In this document: piece by piece, positions 55,864 through 64,000 of the stretch
Position numbering within the stretch: the first letter of the stretch is position 1
How the letters are laid out: each line of letters starts with the position of its first letter
NCBI GenBank assembly: GCA_044359815.1
Contig: JBIKLL010000006.1
Coordinates: 11,034 to 75,033 of the forward strand
Length of the DNA stretch: 64,000 nucleotides
Direction of reading: 5' to 3'
Source of the DNA: Pseudobdellovibrionaceae bacterium
Lineage (GTDB): Bacteria; Bdellovibrionota; Bdellovibrionia; Bdellovibrionales; Bdellovibrionaceae
Made by a program: the position numbers and the translations under genes
Notes under the pieces: model-generated
Seen by the model: only the letters and a program-made list of their open reading frames with translations
Told to the model about the DNA's origin: nothing
The model's database searches: none

Positions 55864-58528
55864 AAAAACTCGATCAGCATTTGTTAATTATTTTAAAAAG
55901 CAGGGACACACCGAAGTCGGTAGCTCATCGCTGATCCCCGAAAACGATGCGACATTGCTGTTTGCAAATGCGGGCATGAACCAATTTAAAAATGTATTTT
56001 TAGGTCTTGAAGATCGCAATTACAAACGCGCGGTCACTGTGCAAAAATGTGTGCGCGCTGGCGGTAAACACAATGATCTGGAAAACGTGGGATTCACCGC
56101 CCGTCATCATACATTTTTTGAAATGCTGGGAAATTTTTCGTTCGGTGATTATTTTAAAAAAGACGCCATTCATTTTGCCTGGGAACTGCTGACCAAGGAA
56201 ATTGGAATCCCTAAGGACAAACTGTACGTCACGGTCCACCTGTCTGATGACGAGGCCGCTGATATTTGGCACAAACAGGAATCCGTGCCCAGGGATAGGA
56301 TATTCAGATTTGATGCCGATAATTTTTGGAAAATGGGCGACACTGGTCCCTGCGGCCCCTGTTCCGAAATTTTTTATGATCATGGGGAACACGCAGGTTT
56401 TGAAAAAGATCCTTTCAAGGGAATTTCAAAGGGCGAAGACAGATACGTAGAAATTTGGAATCTGGTTTTTATGCAGTACTTTGAAAAATCTCCGGGCGTA
56501 ATGGATCCGTTGCCAAAACCTTCAGTCGATACAGGTTCGGGTCTAGAGCGCGTCACCGCTGCCTTACAGGGAAAGCTTAACAACTACGATACAGATTTGT
56601 TTATGCCTATGATCGAAAAGGCCGCCAGTCTTAGTGGTAAATCAAATTTGATCGAATCGATCCATCAAATCAATAAAACCGGTGTCAAAACTCAGCTTGC
56701 TAAAAATGTGGCTGAGGAAGTCGCAGCTCTTCGGGTATTGGCTGATCACACTCGGGCCGCCAGTTTTTTAATCGCAGGCGGTGTCCTGCCATCAAACGAG
56801 GGCCGGGGTTATGTTTTACGCAGGATTTTACGTCGGGCCATCAGATTTGGCAGAAAGCTTTCAAACGAAGTTTCGTTTTTACCAGAACTCAGCAAAGTTT
56901 TAATCCACAGTATGAAGGACGTTTATTCAGAACTTGGGGAAAGATCTGATTTTGTTATTAACGCCATTCGGGATGAAGAAGACCGATTTATTCAGACTCT
57001 GGATCAAGGGATTTTGATTTTGGATGATGAATTAAAAAAACTAACATCTAAAAAACAAAAACAAGTTCCAGGCGATGTGGTTTTCAAATTGTATGACACC
57101 TTTGGCTTTCCTGCGGATTTAACCCGTCTGATGGCTGCTGAAAAAGGCTTTGAGGTCGACGAAAAAGATTTTGAAACCAAGATGGAATCCGCGCGCGAAA
57201 AAGCTCGCAGCAGCTGGAAGGGGGCAGGGCTTTCAACCAATCAAGCACATTTGATCGAATTCACTAAAAAGCTAGAAAAATCTAAGACTGTATTCAAAGG
57301 TTACGAAACCCTGTCGACCTCAGCAAAAATCCTTGCACTTTCAAACGGTGAAAAAGAAATTTCTCAGCTGACAGACTCAGGTATCATTGTTTTAGATGCG
57401 ACGCCATTTTATGCTGAAGGCGGCGGGCAATCAGGAGATCAAGGAACTATTAAATCCGGATCTGCAACTGCCAAGGTCTTGGATTGCACTCAGATTGGCT
57501 CAGTGTTTTTGCACCACGTGCAGGTCAAGGGTACATTTAAAATTGGCGACACAGTTCAGTGTCAGGTAACTGATTCTGAACGTCGAAACACAGCTGCCAA
57601 TCATTCTGCAGCTCATTTATTGCATTCAGCCCTACGAAAAGTTTTGGGCACCCACGTGACCCAGGCTGGACAATCAGTCGATCATTCCAGAATCAGATTT
57701 GATTTCACACACAACAAACCCGTCAGTGATGCTGAACTTCAACAGATAGAAGCCATGGTGAATGCCGAAATTTCAAAAGGCATTGCAGTCACTACTGACA
57801 TCATGAATCCCAAAGACGCAGTTGCCAAAGGCGCAATGGCATTGTTTGGCGAAAAATACGGCGACAAGGTCCGCGTTTTATCGATGGGGGATTTTTCAGT
57901 CGAGCTTTGTGGCGGAACCCACGTTGCAAACACTGCTATGATCCGAGTTTTTAAAATCCTGACTGAAACCGGGGTCAGCAGTGGTGTCAGACGTATCGAG
58001 GCCATCGCCGGTGATCAGGCCATTGATTTATTGATGAACAAATCTGCTGGATTACAATCTGCAATGATTGAAGCTGGCGTGAGCGAAAATTTAACAGGCT
58101 GGATTCAATCAAAAAAAGACGAAATCAAAAATCTGGAAAAAGAAATTAAAAAATCCAAAACCCAGAGCGTATCAATCGATGATCAGGTTAAGGCAGCCAT
58201 CAAGGTCAGCATCAAGGGCAAAGACACCAGACTGTTAAGCATGGATGTTGATGTCGATGATCGTGATGTGTTGATGAATTTGGCCGATCAGGGCAAATCC
58301 AAATTAGGATCAGGCATTGTGGTGATTGTTGGTAAAGGCAACGACAGTGGACATCCCATTGTGGTTTCAGTTTCAAAGGACATCATTGACAGCCTCAAGG
58401 CTGGTGATTTGTTAAAACAGATTTCTCAGTCACTGGGAGGTAAGGGCGGTGGTCGACCGGATTTTGCCCAAGGCGCAGTCATCAAAAAGGCCGGCCTGCC
58501 AGACTTTCTGAAAACCTTTTTTAGCTAA
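55847..58528 (+). CDS. alaS: Alanine--tRNA ligase
   Basis: FANAGMNQFK, HHTFFEMLGNFSFGDYFK, ELCGGTHV and GGKGGG. Confidence 0.99.
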   Translation: MTWTSKKTRSAFVNYFKKQGHTEVGSSSLIPENDATLLFANAGMNQFKNVFLGLEDRNYKRAVTVQKCVRAGGKHNDLENVGFTARHHTFFEMLGNFSFGDYFKKDAIHFAWELLTKEIGIPKDKLYVTVHLSDDEAADIWHKQESVPRDRIFRFDADNFWKMGDTGPCGPCSEIFYDHGEHAGFEKDPFKGISKGEDRYVEIWNLVFMQYFEKSPGVMDPLPKPSVDTGSGLERVTAALQGKLNNYDTDLFMPMIEKAASLSGKSNLIESIHQINKTGVKTQLAKNVAEEVAALRVLADHTRAASFLIAGGVLPSNEGRGYVLRRILRRAIRFGRKLSNEVSFLPELSKVLIHSMKDVYSELGERSDFVINAIRDEEDRFIQTLDQGILILDDELKKLTSKKQKQVPGDVVFKLYDTFGFPADLTRLMAAEKGFEVDEKDFETKMESAREKARSSWKGAGLSTNQAHLIEFTKKLEKSKTVFKGYETLSTSAKILALSNGEKEISQLTDSGIIVLDATPFYAEGGGQSGDQGTIKSGSATAKVLDCTQIGSVFLHHVQVKGTFKIGDTVQCQVTDSERRNTAANHSAAHLLHSALRKVLGTHVTQAGQSVDHSRIRFDFTHNKPVSDAELQQIEAMVNAEISKGIAVTTDIMNPKDAVAKGAMALFGEKYGDKVRVLSMGDFSVELCGGTHVANTAMIRVFKILTETGVSSGVRRIEAIAGDQAIDLLMNKSAGLQSAMIEAGVSENLTGWIQSKKDEIKNLEKEIKKSKTQSVSIDDQVKAAIKVSIKGKDTRLLSMDVDVDDRDVLMNLADQGKSKLGSGIVVIVGKGNDSGHPIVVSVSKDIIDSLKAGDLLKQISQSLGGKGGGRPDFAQGAVIKKAGLPDFLKTFFS

Positions 58529-58542
58529 AATTTTTGGTATTG

Positions 58543-58705
58543 CAGACAGAGTTAAAAATAATTTTTTAGATGTATTTATATTTACTTAAAAAGGTTACAG
58601 CTCGTGCTTCATCCGCTCGGGCTTCGCCCCCGCCATCCTGGCTCCGCGGAGAACCTTTTTAAGTAAATATAAATACATCTAAAAAATTATTTTTAACTGT
58701 GTCTG
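58543..58705. repeat. Inverted-repeat element copy A (54-bp AT-rich arms around a GC-rich GGA-hairpin core)
   Basis: 58543-58596 pairs with 58652-58705 at 53/54; 55-nt core is homologous to copy B. Confidence 0.9.
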
Positions 58706-58750
58706 GTGAATTTCAGAATGCAAAATGTTACCCAAAAAAGGTTTTCAGAG

Positions 58751-59368
58751 CTATTGGCTTGCGGGGGCTCTGGGGTTAGTAAAATTAAATTGTTTTGAAA
58801 TCTCGGGATTAAAATCACCCCAAGCTGATTCACAAAAATCCAACAGTTTTGCAAACTCACGCTGCAGAATCTTATCGTTTTGAGAATTCACTTTATCGCT
58901 GATTCTTTTGATTCTGGATATTCCCATGGACCCCTTAAAATAATCTGACAGTTCTTCTTTTAACACGTCTGCCGAAATTGCTTTCGCAGGAACAATCAGT
59001 CGCATCCCCCCCGTCAGATCAAATGAGCAATTTAAATTAATCACTGAACAGCTTATGACATCATACTGCGGACACAGGGCACAATTTGCAGGTTGATTGT
59101 CGTTGGCGTTGTTTTTTTTGACCAGCTTGTAATACCTGTCATCATAATAAATATATTCCTGGCCCGAGGTTTTAAAATAAGGTCTCAGTCTTGATTTGTA
59201 TTCTTGCGCCGATGATTCCAAAGTCCCTGCGTATTTTAAAAATCCAAAAACTTCAGCTTCATTTTGTACATTCAAAGCAACGGTAAACCTTCTCGAGCAC
59301 TCAAGCATTTTTTCCACTGTTGCATTGGCGGTTACGCCAAAGATTAAAATTACAAAAATAATTTTCAC
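58751..59368 (-). CDS. Secreted hypothetical protein
   Basis: Short signal peptide (ANA); several Cys; GTGA overlap with the upstream gene. Confidence 0.65.
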   Translation of the reverse strand: MKIIFVILIFGVTANATVEKMLECSRRFTVALNVQNEAEVFGFLKYAGTLESSAQEYKSRLRPYFKTSGQEYIYYDDRYYKLVKKNNANDNQPANCALCPQYDVISCSVINLNCSFDLTGGMRLIVPAKAISADVLKEELSDYFKGSMGISRIKRISDKVNSQNDKILQREFAKLLDFCESAWGDFNPEISKQFNFTNPRAPASQ

Positions 59369-59922
59369 TGACCAGCCTCACAGGGATAGTTTTTTAAATT
59401 GGTTACCAACTCAGCTGTGAATTTTCTTAAAGCAGCTCCGCGATCAGCGCACAAATCAACTGTGGTGTCACAGCTGGTGTGCATTTCACCCAATCTGATC
59501 TCGTTAGCTTCCTTGACTAAAATAGCGTAGGGAAAGGTATACACTTGGGCACATAGTTCTGGTTTCTGCATTTCACTTTGTGTGCTGGCATCAGCGCCCT
59601 CTGATTGGCAGTATTGCGCACTTATCACAATGTTTTTCACTGCGGTCAGCTCTTTGGGTGGCAGACAGTAAATATCGTCTGCTTGATTTTCGCCGAACTG
59701 TTCTACGGTCAGGATTTCCCCATCAATCATGTTGATTTCCAAAAATCTGGAATTATCCGAATCAAAGACTTTCATAAACTGTGTTTCAGCAGCCTGAAAT
59801 TTTTGGCTGACGACAATATCTGTTGTAACTAAATTGTTGTCAGAAACCTTTGCGCAGTTTTGAAACGCCACAAAAGTCACCGTCACCAATAGTACTGAAA
59901 GTATTTTTGCTAGCTTGCTCAT
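59365..59922 (-). CDS. Hypothetical lipoprotein (AFQNC lipobox)
   Basis: VAFQNC motif; Cys-rich. Confidence 0.72.
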   Translation of the reverse strand: MSKLAKILSVLLVTVTFVAFQNCAKVSDNNLVTTDIVVSQKFQAAETQFMKVFDSDNSRFLEINMIDGEILTVEQFGENQADDIYCLPPKELTAVKNIVISAQYCQSEGADASTQSEMQKPELCAQVYTFPYAILVKEANEIRLGEMHTSCDTTVDLCADRGAALRKFTAELVTNLKNYPCEAGQ

Positions 59923-60047
59923 ACCCTTAAGTTATCGGAAGCACTTATCTTAACAATAAGTCTGATGGGTCCAGAAATAATAAAATCGAACAAATCATGG
60001 ATTTTAGTCCAGTAAATCTTCGGTCTTCAAAGCAAAACTAACATTAA

Positions 60048-60221
60048 ATCAAAGGACTTCTAAATTTTTTTTAAAATTTATGGTGTCGAATTTACCTAAA
60101 ATGGTTCTCCGCGGAGCCAAGGATGGCGGGGGCTGGTCCCGAGCGGATGAGGCAGGATGCCGTAACCATTTTAAGTAAATTCGAAACCATAAATTTTAAA
60201 AAAATTTAAAAGTCTTTTGAT
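60048..60221. repeat. Inverted-repeat element copy B (about 58-bp arms; core inverted relative to copy A)
   Basis: 60048-60106 pairs with 60164-60221 (4 mismatches, 1 indel); the reverse-complemented core shares TCATCCGCTCGGG, GCCCCCGCCATCC and TGGCTCCGCGGAG with copy A. Confidence 0.9.
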
Positions 60222-60230
60222 CAAACCAAT

Positions 60231-60920
60231 TTATTTTGTGTTGGCAGTTTCAGGATTAAAATCAATGGTTCTGATCATCACTGAATATTTTGAAAGCGTC
60301 TGATCCCCATCGATACTCAGCCATACCGCAACAACCTGCCGTTCAGCGGGCAAATCAAAACTCAGATCAAAAACCCCTTCGCCTTGGCTTGCGATCACAT
60401 TTTCGGTCAACAAATCTGACAGCGGATGCTGACGGTCTTTCCATTTTGGCCCATTAGATTTCGATGCAATATTATAAAATTCGATTTTATCAATGCCTTG
60501 ATCCTTTGGAGCCAGGTCAAACAATGTGGTAATCCATTTAGGACTTATTAATCTTTGCAGAGATCTTAAACGCTTTTCGCCTTTTAATACCAACCCCAAC
60601 CGAAACTGAAAATCATCGGTCTTTTTTTCGCCCTGAATATCATCTGTTTTCAGATTCAGATTTCCAGTGATGACCCCGGTTGTTTTGATTTTGCTGACCG
60701 TGATCATTTGTGGTAATTTATATATCAGTGGGCTCGCTGATGAATCTACGTTAACCGTCAATCCTTCAGCAGAATGCACAACCTGGTTGGCTTTAATTTT
60801 ATCAAATTTTAAAGAATACCATCCATCAGGATTACTGACTGGAACTGCAAATGTCGCTAACAAAAAATTTTGTCTAATTGATTTTACTAATGATTTTTTC
60901 AAATTCTTCGTCGCTTTCAT
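60231..60920 (-). CDS. Hypothetical protein (start uncertain)
   Basis: 229-aa ORF co-oriented with its neighbours; DDF..R.G...W.SIDGD weakly resembles DUF3047-like proteins. Confidence 0.6.
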   Translation of the reverse strand: MKATKNLKKSLVKSIRQNFLLATFAVPVSNPDGWYSLKFDKIKANQVVHSAEGLTVNVDSSASPLIYKLPQMITVSKIKTTGVITGNLNLKTDDIQGEKKTDDFQFRLGLVLKGEKRLRSLQRLISPKWITTLFDLAPKDQGIDKIEFYNIASKSNGPKWKDRQHPLSDLLTENVIASQGEGVFDLSFDLPAERQVVAVWLSIDGDQTLSKYSVMIRTIDFNPETANTK

Positions 60921-62040
60921 TGATACTGATTTTCAATATCTCATTTTCCACAGATGTTTTGTCGCTGAATTTTATTGATTTAAATTTTTCTAATTTCTGC
61001 GCAATTAATGGACTAAATTTTCTGACACGGTCGATGGCTTTAATGTAGTTTAAATCCAGAGTGGCAAAATAACTGGAATCAATTGATTTATTCCAGCTGA
61101 CAGAAAACGAATACTGCAGTGAAAGGGCTTTGATTGATTTCACCAAAGACAGGATTGCAGGTTCACTGTTGCCAAGCTCCACCAGCTTTTCCTTGGGCCG
61201 GTAAACAGGCAAGCCTTCTCGAAAATTTAATTCAATCTCTGACAGCGCGTTGGTCTTAACCAAAAACTCTAGCTCTGGTTTAACTTGCAGCAAATTATTG
61301 ATGACCTCAGTGAAATCAGCCGGCCTGATTGCAAAATCCAGATCCCCACTAACTTTCATACCAATCTGATTAGCAAACTGAACAAAATCGCTGACTAAAA
61401 AAGACCGATCCAAAAAATTTTCTAGTTGTTGCTTTAACTGGTCTCTTTCAACAAACAAAAATTTATCGCTGACTTTATAGCTATAAAAATCATCCACAAA
61501 TAGCCGATTCAGAATGTTTTTTTTGGCTATAATTTTTGTTTTCAGTAAAAATATCTGATCCAAAGCTTTCGCTAAATCATCCAGCCCCTGATTATTGGCA
61601 AAGGTTTCAATGCCCAAATCCAAGATCACTCCGGTTTCTTTCTCAAATCTTATACGTCTGTCAAAAAGCCTTAGGTACTGATCTAAAATTGCAGAGTCCG
61701 CATTCACACTCATTGATAAAATCTGATTGAAAGAATCAAAATGATTAAAATAGGTAATGTCCAATTGGCTAAACAGATTTTTGCGCTCAAGCAATTGCAG
61801 CCTTTTGGAATTCAAAACTTGATAAAATATTTTAAGTTTACGATTAAAATCCTGATCACCGTTTTCAGGCGGGGCCGTTATAGTGACCAATATCCCGGCA
61901 GCTTTCAGATCTCGGATAACCTGAGGCTCTTCTCTGGGAATGGGCTCTATCGGAGTCAAATAGGGCGACTTTAATTCTGCTGCAAACAAAACTGTCGGCA
62001 ACAAAACCAGAACCAAAATGGTTCGAAACAAAGCGCCCAT
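60874..62040 (-). CDS. Secreted hypothetical protein
   Basis: Signal peptide ending LFA; GGAG RBS before ATG 62040; long ORF. Confidence 0.7.
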   Translation of the reverse strand: MGALFRTILVLVLLPTVLFAAELKSPYLTPIEPIPREEPQVIRDLKAAGILVTITAPPENGDQDFNRKLKIFYQVLNSKRLQLLERKNLFSQLDITYFNHFDSFNQILSMSVNADSAILDQYLRLFDRRIRFEKETGVILDLGIETFANNQGLDDLAKALDQIFLLKTKIIAKKNILNRLFVDDFYSYKVSDKFLFVERDQLKQQLENFLDRSFLVSDFVQFANQIGMKVSGDLDFAIRPADFTEVINNLLQVKPELEFLVKTNALSEIELNFREGLPVYRPKEKLVELGNSEPAILSLVKSIKALSLQYSFSVSWNKSIDSSYFATLDLNYIKAIDRVRKFSPLIAQKLEKFKSIKFSDKTSVENEILKISINESDEEFEKIISKIN

Positions 62041-62057
62041 CCACTTCTCCAAATTTT

Positions 62058-62453
62058 TTAACGTTTTGAGTATTGGCCTCTTCGACGTGCACCATGCAAA
62101 CCGTATTTTTTTCTTTCGACCATTCTTGGATCTCTGGTCAAATAACCGGCTTTTTTAAGGGCGGGTCTGAATTCAGCAGAAACTGCTGTTAGAGCTCTGG
62201 CGATACCCAATCTGATAGCACCTGTTTGACCGCTTTCGCCGCCACCAGTAACTGTGCATTCGATATCGTATTTATCCATCTGATTAAGAGCTTCAAATGG
62301 TTGTTGAATGATCATTTTTGACTGAGGCTTTTTTAGATAATCATCAGCTTTTTTTCCGTTGATTATTAATTCGCCTTTACCTGTTTTTAAAAACACTCTA
62401 GCTGCGCTAGTTTTTCTTCTTCCTGTTGCGTAAAAAATCTTTGCTTCAGCCAT
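62058..62453 (-). CDS. rpsI: 30S ribosomal protein S9
   Basis: YATGRRK, GGGESGQ and TRDPRMVERKK...SKR. Confidence 0.98.
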   Translation of the reverse strand: MAEAKIFYATGRRKTSAARVFLKTGKGELIINGKKADDYLKKPQSKMIIQQPFEALNQMDKYDIECTVTGGGESGQTGAIRLGIARALTAVSAEFRPALKKAGYLTRDPRMVERKKYGLHGARRRGQYSKR

Positions 62454-62456
62454 TAA

Positions 62457-62897
62457 TTATTTCTCCAATTTATAAGGTGTAGGTTTTTGCGCATCATGAG
62501 GATGTTCTGCACCTGTGTACAATTTCAATTTGTTAATCAAAGAATAAGACAGTCTGTTGTCGGGAAGCATTCCCTTAACAGCCTCTTTCATAATCTTTGT
62601 TGAATCTTCATTACGCGTTTGTTCAGCAGATTTTTCCTTCAATGATCCAAAAAATCGGCTGTGACGATAATATTTTTTCTCGGTCCATTTAGAACCTGTC
62701 ATTTGCAATTTATCGGTGTTGATCACTACCACAAAATCACCATTATCAGTGTGCGGAGTAAAAGTCGGTTTATGTTTGCCTCTTAATAAATTTGAAATCT
62801 GAGTAGCAGTTCTACCCACGTTCAAATTTGTAGCATCAATTATCCACCAGTTACGTTCGGCTTCTTCAGTTTTAGCCATCCAAGTATTTGTACTCAT
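62457..62897 (-). CDS. rplM: 50S ribosomal protein L13
   Basis: WWIIDA, LRGKHKPTFTPH.D.GD, VKGMLP and HPH.AQ. Confidence 0.98.
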   Translation of the reverse strand: MSTNTWMAKTEEAERNWWIIDATNLNVGRTATQISNLLRGKHKPTFTPHTDNGDFVVVINTDKLQMTGSKWTEKKYYRHSRFFGSLKEKSAEQTRNEDSTKIMKEAVKGMLPDNRLSYSLINKLKLYTGAEHPHDAQKPTPYKLEK

Positions 62898-62928
62898 TAG
62901 GACTCCCAATTGGTTGAAAGTAGAATTT

Positions 62929-63717
62929 CTAGATTTGGCGGCACTTATTGTCAAGGATTAGGGGATATTTCACTCGGCACAAAAAAAGCCCCTGAGGCTG
63001 GGCCGCAGAGCCCGCCTTGGTTCGATCACAAGCATTTAATATTTCGTCAATAATATCAGCACTTTGGGATCGGCGCACACAATCCACCTGAGTTCCCACA
63101 ATATTTCGAACCATTTGCTTTAAAAAGCCACTGCCGGTGATTTCAAACTGCAAAATCCCACTTTTAAGCCGAACCCAGTTGGCTGAATGGATAATTCTGA
63201 CCGTATGAGCGACCTCGGTACCTGTCGATTGAAAGCTTTTAAAGTCCTTTTCACCGACCAGTTTTTGGCAATACTGATTCATTAACTGTAAATCCAATGG
63301 TTGTTTGATCCAGGTCGAATATCTGTTCAGCAGAGCGGTTGGAAAGTTGCGATTCCAAATCCAGTATCTGTAGGTTTTTTGTTCGGCCGACAATGTTGCG
63401 TGAAATTCGTCGGGTGCTAACCACGCATTGCGCACTGAAATACTGGGGGGCAAAAAAGATTTGATCGCCCAAATCAGATTCTTAGGAAGCTTGCCTTCGT
63501 ATTCAAAATGCGCAACCTGCCCCAAGGCATGAACACCTGCATCGGTTCGGCCTGATCCAAACAAAACAATTTTTTGATTTAACAGTTTTGAAAAACCCTC
63601 TTCCAAAGTTTGTTGGACGCTGGGTTTAGGTGAAGCCATTTTGTGGGGCTTTTGTTTTTGCCACCCACAGAAATCTGTCCCGTCATAAGAAATTAATATT
63701 TTTATTTTCGATGGCAC
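62929..63717 (-). CDS. truA: tRNA pseudouridine(38-40) synthase
   Basis: YDGTDFCGWQ, GRTDAGVHA and FLKQMVRNIVG. Confidence 0.97.
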   Translation of the reverse strand: MPSKIKILISYDGTDFCGWQKQKPHKMASPKPSVQQTLEEGFSKLLNQKIVLFGSGRTDAGVHALGQVAHFEYEGKLPKNLIWAIKSFLPPSISVRNAWLAPDEFHATLSAEQKTYRYWIWNRNFPTALLNRYSTWIKQPLDLQLMNQYCQKLVGEKDFKSFQSTGTEVAHTVRIIHSANWVRLKSGILQFEITGSGFLKQMVRNIVGTQVDCVRRSQSADIIDEILNACDRTKAGSAAQPQGLFLCRVKYPLILDNKCRQI

Positions 63718-64000
63718 CCAACACCCACACAGTCATTGCAGCACCCCAACTGAATGGTTGCTCCGAGCGATATAGCAATGACCTGAATGGAAGTAAAGTT
63801 TCTGAATCTATGATTTCAGTAATGACACCTGTATTTTGGGACTGAGTCGTTAAAAACTGTAATCTTTCATCGCGATCTGCAAAATTTTTGGTTCGATGGG
63901 CCGCCTGCGCTTGCAGAGCCACCAACCAAGTCCAAATCATGGAGCCATGATAATTTTGATTGCCGGCTAATCTGACTGCTAACGACAAATCACTGCTGGG
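63683..64000 (-). CDS. Hypothetical protein, 3' part (runs off the window)
   Basis: Open frame reaching the window edge and overlapping the truA start. Confidence 0.45.
   Translation of the reverse strand, partial: PSSDLSLAVRLAGNQNYHGSMIWTWLVALQAQAAHRTKNFADRDERLQFLTTQSQNTGVITEIIDSETLLPFRSLLYRSEQPFSWGAAMTVWVLGAIENKNINFL

Noticed and set aside
1..64000. tRNA, rRNA, prophage or defence-system genes
   Set aside because: No cloverleafs, rRNA signatures, integrase, phage or recognisable defence genes seen by eye

Overview
About 64 kb of AT-rich bacterial chromosome whose gene content points to a Bdellovibrio-like predator (Bdellovibrionota; inferred from the short flagellins, 'AFQNC'-type lipoproteins and gene order). 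It contains three short flagellins, each with a sigma28 promoter; an FTR1/cytochrome c iron permease; fdx-nth-doxX-thiBPQ; ddl; citrate synthase; a menaquinone cluster; a small accessory island of secreted proteins; the flgFGAHIJMNKL-csrA-fliW flagellar operon behind a sigma54 promoter; a lytic transglycosylase and lysC; a stand-alone Y1/HUH (RAYT-like) transposase; pgpA-cinA-recA divergent from recX-alaS; and truA-rplM-rpsI. No rRNA, tRNA or CRISPR array was seen. The most interesting signal is non-coding. A ~390-nt insert between flgI and flgJ carries 15 GGA motifs on the operon's sense strand against 1 on the other strand, several of them in ANGGA hairpin loops. This looks like a CsrB-type CsrA sponge embedded in the operon that encodes CsrA and FliW. 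Related GGA-hairpin cores sit inside long inverted-repeat elements at 58.5 and 60.0 kb, and single GGA hairpins lie in front of flgJ, flgK, csrA and fliW. All calls come from reading the sequence; no searches were run.
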